A program made the translations under genes and the position numbers. A DNA stretch of 64,000 nucleotides from Verrucomicrobiota bacterium (GTDB lineage Bacteria; Verrucomicrobiota; Verrucomicrobiia; Limisphaerales; SIBE01), in assembly GCA_027623095.1 (NCBI GenBank), contig JAQBVM010000001.1, forward strand, positions 1,745 to 65,744, given 5' to 3'. A model generated the notes under the pieces. That model had not been told where the DNA came from. It saw only the letters and a list, made by a program, of their open reading frames with translations, and made no database searches. Of the stretch, positions 37,347 to 46,231 are shown one piece after another; the first letter of the stretch is position 1; the number at the start of each line of letters is the position of its first letter.

Positions 37347-38411
37347 ATGAAACGACGCACATTCCTTCGGGCAAGTTTGGTCACCGGCGCGCTTGCCGCT
37401 ATTTCCAAACCAAATCTCCTGGAAGTAAACAGCCAAAGCTCCCAGAACAAACGCCGGATTAAAGTTGGATTCCTTGGAATGAGTCATTCCCATGCGTCCG
37501 GGAAGTTAAAAGTGGTGTTGGAATCTCCTGAGTATGAATTGGTTGGTCTTTGTGAACCAGAAAGCGCAGTTCGGGACCGGAACCGCCAACCTGGTATTCG
37601 CTGGATTTCGGAAGATAAGCTGCTATCGGACGCGGAAGTCATCGTCGTCGAATCCGAGGTTTCGGATCACGCGAAGCATGCGAGAATAGCGCTCGAAGCT
37701 GGGGCTCATGTGCATTTGGAAAAGGCGCCCACAGACTCGATGGCGTCATTTCGTGCGCTGGTGGATCTGGCTCGAAAGGGAAACAGGATTCTCCAGATGG
37801 GGTATATGTGGCGATAACACCCCGGCATCAACGCTGCGATCGAGGCGGCGCGAAATGGTTGGTTGGGCCGCGTTTACATGATCCGCGCAACGATCAATAC
37901 CCACATTGGAGCCGGCCAGCGGATTGATCTTGCCAAGTACCGTGGCGGAATGATGTTCGAGCTCGGAGCTCATTTGATCGATCCTGTGGTCAGGCTGCTA
38001 GGCCGGCCGAATAACGTCACACCCTATCTGGGCAGGTCTGGCGCGCACGCGGATGGTTTGGCGGATAACACGGTGGCTATATTCGAGTACGCCAACGCGA
38101 TGGCGGTTGTCTCAAGCTCGACACCGCAACCCAACGCCTCGTCCCACAGATCTTTTGAAGTTCTAGGAACAAATGGAACGGCTCTGGTGAATCCTATCGA
38201 ACCACCGCGTCTTCAGATTGACTTGGCCGATGCGTCCGGTCCCTACCTGTCGGGCCGCCATGAAGTGCCGATGCCCAATTACCGGCGTTACGCACCTGAG
38301 TTCGCGGACTTGGCGGATGCCATCCAGAGTAGCCGCACCCTGGCCTTTGAGCCGGACGGCGACCTGCTAGTTCACGAAACGCTTATGCGCGCCTGCGATA
38401 TGGATATCTAA
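37347..38411 (+). pseudogene. TAT-signal Gfo/Idh/MocA oxidoreductase interrupted by one in-frame TAA (37815-37817)
   Basis: Track ORFs 37347..37817 and 37863..38411 are in the same frame. The read-through sequence is ...LQMGYMWR*HPGINAAIEAARNGWLGRVYMIRA..., contiguous Gfo/Idh/MocA sequence. RRTFLRASL twin-arginine leader. Confidence 0.8.
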
Positions 38412-38430
38412 TGTTGCCGTCGCTGTTTCG

Positions 38431-41400
38431 TCATGGTGCGCTTCCGACCAGTGGCTGAGTGCTGCGGAGGTAAGCAAACAGATCTCGAGTGTCTTGTTCG
38501 TCCATCGAACTGAGAAGCGCCTCAGGCATCAGGGACATTCCCGCCGCTTTCATTTCCACAAGTTCCGATCGATTCAATAGAATATTCTGCCCGTCCAAGC
38601 CTCGTAGCACGATCACACGATTGTCTTTCTCCGCCAGAAAACCTGCGAAGGAACGGTCATCCTTCGTTTCCACAAGATAGTTCTCATATCCTTCGCGAAT
38701 CTCGGCGCTCGGGTTGACGATGCTGAGAAGCATGTTCTCGAGGTCATCCCGTTTGAACGCGGTCAGGTCAGGGCCGATCCTGCCGCCTTGCGTGAAGAGA
38801 GTGTGACACTGCGCGCAGCTATTCCCGAACAACGTCCGCCCCTTGTAAGGATCTCCAATCCCGGCGCGCACGACCTCCGCCAGCCGCTTGATTTCCTGAT
38901 CCATTTCCGCCGATGTCGGCGTGCCTGTGTTTCCCCAGGCGTGTTCCGCCAATGCCACGAGCTGGGGATCCTTGTGAAGCTTGATTTTGCGAACGGTATT
39001 CAGAGAAACCGTGTCTTGCGGGATCATTCCGGAATTGACGGCTTCGACGAACATCGTTGACCAGTTCGCGCGGCTTGCCAGAAGGGTCTGCGCCGCTGTC
39101 CGCGTTTCTTTATCCAGTTGGTTGTAGAGCGCTACGACGCTTTCTCCAATCGTCAGATCGCTAAATTGTGAGAGCGCTGTTAGCGCAGCTTTTCGAATGG
39201 AAGCGGGGCCGGGCGTCCGAGCAATTTCCAGAAGCACCGGTCGGCTCTCTGGCAGGTTTACCTCGCTGAGAATGGCAAGGTATTCCAGTCGCTCCGTCAG
39301 CGCAGCCGTCGAGCTTCCAATTACTTCGAGCGCCTTGCTAACCGAGGTTTTGTCGCCTCGACGCAAGCCGAAGCCGACAGAACCGAGACTGTGCCGTGCC
39401 AATGCCCGCGATAGCTCCTCGGGCAGTCCGTTCGAGGTTCGCCCCTTGAATCCTTCCTCGAAACCTGCAAACAAGATTCGACTGTGCTCGATACTGGGTG
39501 AAAGATCGAACAGCTCCGCGCACGTCAGCAGGTCTTTCCGCGAACCGGCCTGAGCGTAGCGGCGAGTTAGTTTTTCGAGGATCTGTTTCTTGACGATCGT
39601 AAGATCCCAGACTGTGCGATCCTTCAAAAGAGCCAGTATCGGTTTCCGGTCGATATCGGCCTTGGACTCTATGGCCCACCAGAGGAGGAGGGGAATGCGC
39701 TTGTCTTCGTTGTCCTCGTTCCATGTGAGCAGATTTCGAACGATCGATAGGCATTCACTCGCGGGTAACCTGCGAGCGGAACAGGCTAATTGAGATCGGG
39801 TTTCCAGATGGCTTTCAGTACGGGCCAATTGAATCAGTTTTGCCGCGACGCGCGAGGATACCGTCTTTTCATCACTCAAGAGTCGAACCGTCCAAAGCCG
39901 AACGAATGGATCGGGATGATCGAGCGAATTCAGCGCGATTTCCTCCGTCAGCCCGCCACTCAGGTACAACGCCCAAAGCGATTCAATGGCCGCTTGCCCG
40001 TCGCTCTCCTGAATCAACCGTGCCAAGGCAGGAACGATCGAGATGTCTTTCCGATCGGCGAACAACCGAAGGGCTGTTTGGCGGTGCCATTTGTTCTTGT
40101 GCGTGAGCAAAGCGACGAGCTGCTGGGTGGAACTGTTGCCTAAGTCCGCGGGTTTTTGCGGCTTCGATCCTTTCGCTTTGATTCGGTATATTCGTCCGTT
40201 CCGCGGGTCGATCTTCCCTTCGTGGTTTCTGTAGTGGTTCACCTGCTGGTCATACCAATCGCAGAAATATATCGCTCCATCAGGTCCTGCCTTTATATCG
40301 ACCGGGCGAAACCATCGATCGCCGCTGATCACGGGATGCCCACGATCTTTGGTTTTGAACGTCGATTGATCCGGGGTTATTTCGCTAAGCACAATCCGGC
40401 CCTGGATGGGTTCAATGCCAAATAGCCGGCCGTTGTATCGTTCCGGCAACGCCCCGCCATCATAGATCACGAAATTGTGAGTGAACCGTTCCACTTTGTG
40501 ATGGCTCATTTCCGGGAAAAATCCGAACGCGTAAGGGTTGGAAAGGGGGCCGTGCTTTTCAAATCCCTTCCGCAGATACCCGCCTTGAACATAATGAAAA
40601 CCCCGCGTGTCGCCTCCGTTGTGACCCGAGAAGATGCGGCCCTGCGCGTCGATCTCGACACCGAACGTATTGCCTCCGCCCTCGGCAAAAAACTCATAGC
40701 GTTTTGTCTCCGGGTGGTATCTCCAGATCCCTTGGCCTTGAGAGTAAACGGGCGGTTCATCGACGTTGGGCCTAATTATCTGCGCGGTAACCGTGCTGCC
40801 TTGCGCTCCGTAAAGCCATCCGTCTGGACCCCATCGCAGACTGTTCACTACGGAATGAGTATCTTCCAAACCAAAACCCGAGAGATGCACAACCGGATCG
40901 GCATCCGGAATGTCATCATTGTTTGCGTCCGGATAGAACAGAAGATAAGGCGGATTCAATACCCAGACGCCGCCTCTTCCGCGCTCGACTGACGTGACGA
41001 TGTTGAGCCCATCCAGGAACGTCTTGTGGTTTTCAAATACGCCATCGCCATCGGTGTCTTCGTGGATCGTGATTCGATCCAAACCGCGATCCTGGCCGGG
41101 CGGTGGAGGCGGGACTTTGTCGTAAACCGCCCGCCATACACTGTCCCGGCTCACCATTTTAAGGCCGGCCGGATCAGGGTACTGCCGGTACTCGACCACC
41201 CACATGCGTCCGCGTTCATCAAAATTGAGGAATACCGGTTGCTCGATCACAGGTTCGGCCAAGACCTGATCGAGCTCCAGATCGTCCCAAACTCGAAAGT
41301 GCTTCATCGATACTTCGGGCGACTGGGGGCCCGATCCGATTGGAGCGTCTTGAGGCACGTTTGTGGTTTCGACGGCGTTCCCTCTTGCCAACCGGGTATC

Positions 41401-42264
41401 CGGGCTCTCAATGTTCGCGCGGGTTTTCTGCGGGTCAGACTGGGCCGGTCTATTCAAGGCCCATCCGATTGCGTTAAGCAGAAGCCGCCTGAACTGCCCG
41501 TCTTGGAAGTCCAGAGGATGTCCGAATGAGGTGTAGAAGATGCGCGCGGCCTTGGGGCCGAACCGGTGCGTCCAGGCAATGGGTTCCGGCGGTTTGCCCG
41601 GAATTGAACCGATCAGAAGAGGTCGCGCCGAATCGACGAGAGGACTCGCTTGATAAAGCGATCCGTTCCCTCTGAGCTTTTCGAGATCCACTCCCTCTAG
41701 GATCGGATCCTTCTCAGCTCCCGGGGCTGCTTTAACAACAACGTTCGGCCCGGATCCGTGGTGGCCCCTGTAATGACCGCCGAGCACATCGGGATCGAAC
41801 TCCGGCCAAAGAGAACGACCTGGTGCGAGCGCCTCGCCTCGAGTGGCAAAGGCATGGCTTGATGTACGAATCCCAATCAGCGGCTTTCCGTCCATGAGAT
41901 GTTTGCGGACCGCCGCCAGTTGTGACGTGTGGGGACTCCGGCGGCGAACGCTAACGAAAAGGAGATCCGCCTGTGCAAGAGCGTCCTCCAATCCCGCGAA
42001 ATTATTTTTGTCGTCCTTGTCCGCGTGAATGATCGTGACCCAAAAACCGTTCGGTTCCAAATCGGCTTTCGCGAATTCGGGGAGGGTTTTCCACGTCTCG
42101 TATTCGTCCTCACCGATCATGAATACGAGATGCGGCGCAGGCGCGGGCGCCGCAGTCAGACTCAATAAAGTGCAGGCGCAGGTAAAGGCGGTTAAGAATG
42201 GTCGGTTTCTCATAATTCTCATAGAGCTTGTCTGAAATGTAGGAGCCGGCGTCAGTAGGCTCAC
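38431..42264 (-). CDS. Giant ThuA-like / membrane-bound-dehydrogenase-domain / HEAT-repeat / c-type cytochrome protein (PVC type)
   Basis: 1277 aa. N-terminal ThuA-like region (HLVFMIGEDEYETWKTLPEF). Dehydrogenase/propeller-like middle. HEAT-like repeats. C-terminal CxxCH haem site (NSCAQCHTLF). Confidence 0.85.
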   Translation of the reverse strand: MSLLTPAPTFQTSSMRIMRNRPFLTAFTCACTLLSLTAAPAPAPHLVFMIGEDEYETWKTLPEFAKADLEPNGFWVTIIHADKDDKNNFAGLEDALAQADLLFVSVRRRSPHTSQLAAVRKHLMDGKPLIGIRTSSHAFATRGEALAPGRSLWPEFDPDVLGGHYRGHHGSGPNVVVKAAPGAEKDPILEGVDLEKLRGNGSLYQASPLVDSARPLLIGSIPGKPPEPIAWTHRFGPKAARIFYTSFGHPLDFQDGQFRRLLLNAIGWALNRPAQSDPQKTRANIESPDTRLARGNAVETTNVPQDAPIGSGPQSPEVSMKHFRVWDDLELDQVLAEPVIEQPVFLNFDERGRMWVVEYRQYPDPAGLKMVSRDSVWRAVYDKVPPPPPGQDRGLDRITIHEDTDGDGVFENHKTFLDGLNIVTSVERGRGGVWVLNPPYLLFYPDANNDDIPDADPVVHLSGFGLEDTHSVVNSLRWGPDGWLYGAQGSTVTAQIIRPNVDEPPVYSQGQGIWRYHPETKRYEFFAEGGGNTFGVEIDAQGRIFSGHNGGDTRGFHYVQGGYLRKGFEKHGPLSNPYAFGFFPEMSHHKVERFTHNFVIYDGGALPERYNGRLFGIEPIQGRIVLSEITPDQSTFKTKDRGHPVISGDRWFRPVDIKAGPDGAIYFCDWYDQQVNHYRNHEGKIDPRNGRIYRIKAKGSKPQKPADLGNSSTQQLVALLTHKNKWHRQTALRLFADRKDISIVPALARLIQESDGQAAIESLWALYLSGGLTEEIALNSLDHPDPFVRLWTVRLLSDEKTVSSRVAAKLIQLARTESHLETRSQLACSARRLPASECLSIVRNLLTWNEDNEDKRIPLLLWWAIESKADIDRKPILALLKDRTVWDLTIVKKQILEKLTRRYAQAGSRKDLLTCAELFDLSPSIEHSRILFAGFEEGFKGRTSNGLPEELSRALARHSLGSVGFGLRRGDKTSVSKALEVIGSSTAALTERLEYLAILSEVNLPESRPVLLEIARTPGPASIRKAALTALSQFSDLTIGESVVALYNQLDKETRTAAQTLLASRANWSTMFVEAVNSGMIPQDTVSLNTVRKIKLHKDPQLVALAEHAWGNTGTPTSAEMDQEIKRLAEVVRAGIGDPYKGRTLFGNSCAQCHTLFTQGGRIGPDLTAFKRDDLENMLLSIVNPSAEIREGYENYLVETKDDRSFAGFLAEKDNRVIVLRGLDGQNILLNRSELVEMKAAGMSLMPEALLSSMDEQDTRDLFAYLRSTQPLVGSAP

Positions 42265-42429
42265 TTTCTCACAACCCGAACTTGCCGGATTTCACGCGAC
42301 GCAGAGTCTCGCTTCCCCGACTCCCCCAGGGGAATCGATTTCTAAAAACGGTCCCGACGGTGAAGCGCGTGACTCTATTGAAGCGGGTTCGACTCGAAAT
42401 CTCGATGGAAATCTTTTCGGATTTTTTTT

Positions 42430-42642
42430 CGTGGATTATCCGCCAGCCCGGATTCGAATCTCGACTTTGCCAGTCCGCTGGCGGAAGCGGCGTTGTCGGG
42501 CAGCGTCGCGCAACGCGTGCAATTGCGCGAGGAGTTGACCGGCTAGAAACGGCTTTGGGATTCCGCCGGGCTGCGCTTCGCCAACTCCGATGAAGCAAAC
42601 AAGTTCCTGCGGCGCGAGTATCGATCCGGCCGGATGTTGTAA
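42430..42642 (+). pseudogene. C-terminal remnant of a Gfo/Idh/MocA-type oxidoreductase with in-frame TAG
   Basis: My translation: ...SPDSNLDFASPLAEAALSGSVAQRVQLREELTG*KRLWDSAGLRFANSDEANKFLRREYRSGRML*. It matches the family tail ..NFDYAGPLTE..LLGNVA.R...KLEWD...NSDEANK.LRREYRKGW.L. No N-terminal part is present. Confidence 0.5.
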
Positions 42643-42693
42643 AGCCTCCACCTTGGCCTTTGCAACCGCCGCGCGCTCCGGTACGCTCGCCGC

Positions 42694-43146
42694 ATGCCGG
42701 AAAATTCCGACAAATCTCTCGAATTCTGGATTTGGGATGCAGCAAGTTCCATTCTCTGCGCAAAGGACGCGCCGAAATTCAAGGAGTTCATTCTCCCGCT
42801 CATCTTTACCAAGCGACTCTGCGACGTGTTCGATGACGAGATCAATCGCATCGCGCAGGAGGTCGGCACCCGGGGCATGGCGAACATGAACGTGATCATC
42901 CACGACATGGAGGGCGAGAATCAGATTGGCGACACGTTTCGCAATCCGAAATTCCGCCAGGGCAATCGCCTCCAAACCTTCGATCGCGTCGTGGCCAACC
43001 CCGTTTGGAACCAGACCGAGTTCAAGGAAAAGGATTACGAAGCCGACGAATACCGCCCGCTCGCCGAGATCCTTGAGGAGTTGGAGGAGATCAAGGAAGA
43101 GCCTGCCCAGACGGATGCGGTGTTGAAAAAGGTGTTGGAACGTATC
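42694..43146 (+). pseudogene. hsdM: Type I R-M methyltransferase HsdM, internally deleted
   Basis: N-domain LEFWIWDAASSILCAKDAPKFKEFILPLIFTKRLCDVFDDE joins directly to ANMNVIIHDMEGENQIGDTFRNPKF...FDRVVANPVWNQ (NPPW degraded to NPVW). The AdoMet-binding core between them is missing. The track ORF tail is read-through into a REP. Confidence 0.7.
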
Positions 43147-43217
43147 GGAGCGCGGACAGCTTTGTCAGCGCGAATCGAGAACGGCTCCCGACTCGCGGAC
43201 AAGGCTGTCCGCGCTCC
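43147..43217. repeat. REP doublet (REPIN-like) upstream of RAYT
   Basis: GGAGCGCGGACAGCTTTGTCAGCGCG (43147-43172) and GCGGACAAGGCTGTCCGCGCTCC (43195-43217). Each unit is itself an imperfect palindrome, and the outer 14 nt (GGAGCGCGGACAGC / GCTGTCCGCGCTCC) are perfectly complementary. Confidence 0.8.
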
Positions 43218-43232
43218 TCTCTCACGCACACC

Positions 43233-43970
43233 ATGAACACGAAACCCGCTCTTCAGGTTGTAGCCGAGAAACGCCAGTGGCATCATCAGCCCACGGCGGA
43301 AGAAAAAGCGCGGGGTTTTATGGGCTGGTATTCGCGCGGTTACCTGCCGCACTTTGACGCTCCCGGCACGTGGCAGTTCATCACCTACCGTCTCGCGGAT
43401 TCCATCCCCGCGGAACGGCGCCACGAATGGGCGGAAGCGATGAGGCTGGAAGATGACCGCGAGAAGTTTCGGCGGATGGAACTGGTGCTCGATCGCGGCT
43501 TCGGCACATGTTCTCTTCGTGAGCCGCGCATGGCGCAAATGGTGCAGGAAAACTTGTGGTTTCACGACGTCAAAGCGTATCGGTTGATGGCGTGGGTTAT
43601 CATGCCGAATCATTTGCACATTCTCGCCGAGATGTGGAAGCCGTTAGGCGTGGTGCTGAAGAATTGGAAATCCTACACGGGCACCGAGGCGAACAAGATT
43701 CTCGGTCATGTCGGCGACACGTTTTGGCAGGCCGATTACTTCGACCGCTACATTCGCGACCAGAAACTTTACCGAAAGGTGGTCCGTTACATTGAAAATA
43801 ATCCGGGCAAGGCTGGGCTGGTGCGCGAGCCGGCGCAGTGTCCGTGGAGCAGCGCGCCGTATCGCGGTCCCTACGGCTCGGACGAGTTGCCAAAGATCCC
43901 GAAGCATCGCGCGGAGGAGAGCGGACAGCCTTGTCCGCCCGAAACGAATGCGAAAAAGCCGTACGAATGA
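43233..43970 (+). CDS. REP-associated tyrosine transposase (RAYT; IS200/IS605-like Y1 HUH enzyme)
   Basis: 245 aa. YLPHFD, HUH motif VIMPNHLHIL, C-terminal YIRDQ...VRYIENNPGKAGLV with the catalytic-Tyr region. Flanked by REP hairpins, and the last ~15 codons are themselves a REP copy. Confidence 0.8.
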   Translation: MNTKPALQVVAEKRQWHHQPTAEEKARGFMGWYSRGYLPHFDAPGTWQFITYRLADSIPAERRHEWAEAMRLEDDREKFRRMELVLDRGFGTCSLREPRMAQMVQENLWFHDVKAYRLMAWVIMPNHLHILAEMWKPLGVVLKNWKSYTGTEANKILGHVGDTFWQADYFDRYIRDQKLYRKVVRYIENNPGKAGLVREPAQCPWSSAPYRGPYGSDELPKIPKHRAEESGQPCPPETNAKKPYE

Positions 43971-44070
43971 AGAAGGAGAAGGCCATCGCCCGCGCAACCG
44001 GAGCGCGGACAGCTCTGCCCGCGCATTTGGAAGAGGCGTCGCGTCGTGCGGACAAGGCTGTCCGCGCTCC
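43926..44070. repeat. Three REP units downstream of / overlapping the RAYT 3' end
   Basis: GGAGAGCGGACAGCCTTGTCCGCCC (43926-43950), GGAGCGCGGACAGCTCTGCCCGCGC (44000-44024), GCGGACAAGGCTGTCCGCGCTCC (44048-44070). The last is identical to 43195-43217. Confidence 0.8.
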
Positions 44071-44078
44071 GATAAACG

Positions 44079-44342
44079 ATGCCCGCACCCGGCGAACACA
44101 AAACCGTCCAGGCTCGCATCCTGAAATATGCGCATGAGATCCGCTGGACTTGCGTGCCGCGAGCCGAAGCTGAGGCGCGACGTGGCTTTGACCCGGACGG
44201 CGCGACGCTCGAGGATCGCGCGCGGACGGCGTCGCTTTACTTCGGGGATCTACTTCACGAGCGCGTTCTTGCCTTTAACCCGAAATACAAGGAAGCCGAA
44301 GGCGCGCTCGTTGGCGAACTCCAGCGGTTCAACGCGGACATC
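44079..44342 (+). pseudogene. hsdR: Type I restriction enzyme HsdR, N-terminal stub only
   Basis: EHKTVQARILKYAHEIRWTCVPRAEAEARRGFD...SLYFGDLLHERVLAFNPKY resembles the HsdR N-terminal region. No helicase motifs follow, and the frame stops at 44444. Confidence 0.6.
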
Positions 44343-44410
44343 GCCCTCAATCTCGAAGCCAAGGTGAAGGGCTTTTGCGCGGCGCCGTGGGTGCTGCGCT
44401 TACTCAAGGA

Positions 44411-44578
44411 TTTCATCCGGTTCGCGTTCCATTCCAGTTTCTGATCCGGCACACGAATCGCCACTGTGCCGAGCAGGATGGCTTCGGTCATCGGGCGGCT
44501 CTGGGAAAAGTGCGACGCGGTCTTTTCGCTGCCGAAGCAGGGTCCGCAAAGACGTGGTAATGGTTTCGGCCCGAAAGT
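44411..44578 (-). pseudogene. Second Gfo/Idh/MocA-type oxidoreductase C-terminal remnant, opposite strand
   Basis: My minus-strand translation: ...CFGSEKTASHFSQSRPMTEAILLGTVAIRVPDQKLEWNANRMK..., the same family block as 42430-42642. Low nucleotide identity to that copy, so a paralogue rather than a recent duplicate. Confidence 0.45.
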
Positions 44579-44778
44579 TTAGGGTGCGGATAATCGTTAA
44601 GGTTCAAGCGCTTCGGTCTTTGCTCGTGTTCAGCGCAGATCCTTCTTCGGAAACTTCCACGGAGCACGGTGGTGAGGAGTTCTGAATGCCGCTTGATTAG
44701 ATCGATTTGCTGCTCTTGCGCCAAGCGACCTCCCTCCTACGATTCGCATGGACAGGCCATGAAACGTGGAAATAGGCT

Positions 44779-45702
44779 TTGAGGATGAAGAAGCTGACCG
44801 GCATTTTCGTTTTCATCGTTTCATTCGCGGCTGGGTTGAACTTCGTGACCGCCGACGATACGAACCCCAGCCCGAGTGTGAACCTACCGCCACTTGGCAA
44901 AACAGGCAGTCAGGCCTGGTATCGAATTGAAAAGGCGGGCGAGCTGCCTGGCTCCGTCGTCAAGGAGTTTCGACTCACTCTTGGAGCGGTTGAATACACG
45001 AAGAACAAACCCTGTCAGTGGATTCGTTTGGATGCCACCAAAGCGGATGGGAAACATTTCCGAGTTTGGCTTTTGTCGGCTGAGCATCCGTCACGAAACG
45101 TTGCCGAAGCCAGTCACGCCAGTTCACGGTATATCCTGCAAGAGGGAGAGCGCATGCCACTGGAGTTTCGACATCGGTACACTGGAACGGCGGTTCTCCC
45201 TTCGATCGGCGGGTGGGAGCATCTTTTTCCAAGGCCCCTCCGCGATCCGGCGGACGCCTCTGCCTTTGCGACGAGAACCGAATATCTCGGACACGACTAT
45301 CGACTTGAAGAATTGGCGAATTCAGAGGCGTTCCAGATTCCGGCTATCATCGATTTGCTCGATCTGCTTCCGGACGTGCTGGTGGGAGTTCCAAGTAACA
45401 CCCGCCAGAAAGATGAAACCCGCCGGTATGACGATTCCGATTACGAGATGATCCCGCTCACTCGAGAGGATTTCAGCACAAGTTTTCGAACCGCCTGGCC
45501 GGGTCGGAACGCGACGAACCCTTCCGGAGTTCAACATGACTTACGGGTGTCAAATACCAGCCGATTCTCCGAAGAATCTGACCAGCATCATTTACGGGTT
45601 TTTGCGAGGCGCTGCGAGGCTGTCGGACAAAAGCTGGGGCGTGAGCATTTACGGCCCGGTGGACCGGACGGATGCATTCTGGTTTCTGACGCATGCGTAT
45701 GA
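44779..45702 (+). CDS. Hypothetical secreted protein; the 3' third of the ORF looks non-coding (possible frameshift into the next ORF)
   Basis: Signal peptide MKKLTGIFVFIVSFAAG. Plausible protein sequence up to ~...DYEMIPLTREDF (about 45475). After that it turns Arg/Ser-rich and implausible. Confidence 0.5.
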   Translation: MRMKKLTGIFVFIVSFAAGLNFVTADDTNPSPSVNLPPLGKTGSQAWYRIEKAGELPGSVVKEFRLTLGAVEYTKNKPCQWIRLDATKADGKHFRVWLLSAEHPSRNVAEASHASSRYILQEGERMPLEFRHRYTGTAVLPSIGGWEHLFPRPLRDPADASAFATRTEYLGHDYRLEELANSEAFQIPAIIDLLDLLPDVLVGVPSNTRQKDETRRYDDSDYEMIPLTREDFSTSFRTAWPGRNATNPSGVQHDLRVSNTSRFSEESDQHHLRVFARRCEAVGQKLGREHLRPGGPDGCILVSDACV

Positions 45703-46231
45703 TTTGGGAGCGCGCCACTTTTTCTTCTGGGATACGTATCGCCTCGCATCCGTGCCATTCGATGAATGCTTGGCACTGTCGAAAAATCTACGGCGGCACG
45801 TTGAGAATTTTCCCGATCGCAATCTGGAAAAACTCAAGAAAGCCGCCGAAGTGGTCATCCTGCTGCCTCCCGGATACAACCTCGGGCACGTCCAACTGGG
45901 AAAAGGCAGCCTATGGGGGGTGGGGGAACTCAACCTCGAACGCGTCAATCGTAAAGGAGTGACCTATCGAGTCGTGATGAATCAGTTTTTCACCGAGATT
46001 GAGCGCTGCATCCGGCTGGGAGTCGCTTTTGATCTTTTGTGGGATCTGTCCGAAAAACCTCCCGCGGGCTATCGAGAAGTGGTTCGCATCCGGGAGGACG
46101 CCAAGGTAGAAATCATTGGGGGTGATCAAAAATTTCCGTTACAGAGTGAACGGTCTTCCCGGTTTCCTGTGACCTGTCCCGGAGCTCGACAAGTTGTGGG
46201 TCTCAGAGGAAACTCTCGGGCATCGCTATGA
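45536..46231 (+). CDS. Hypothetical protein (possibly the C-terminal part of the 44779 gene)
   Basis: Good-looking sequence (IYGFLRGAARLSDKSWGVSIYGPVDRTDAFWFLTHAYDLGARHFFFWDTY...). The frame is open back to 45452. ATGA overlap with the downstream amidohydrolase. Confidence 0.55.
   Translation: MTYGCQIPADSPKNLTSIIYGFLRGAARLSDKSWGVSIYGPVDRTDAFWFLTHAYDLGARHFFFWDTYRLASVPFDECLALSKNLRRHVENFPDRNLEKLKKAAEVVILLPPGYNLGHVQLGKGSLWGVGELNLERVNRKGVTYRVVMNQFFTEIERCIRLGVAFDLLWDLSEKPPAGYREVVRIREDAKVEIIGGDQKFPLQSERSSRFPVTCPGARQVVGLRGNSRASL

Noticed and set aside
42436-42975. 179-aa minus-strand ORF across the hsdM remnant
   Set aside because: It is antisense to recognisable HsdM N-domain sequence, and no family is recognised.
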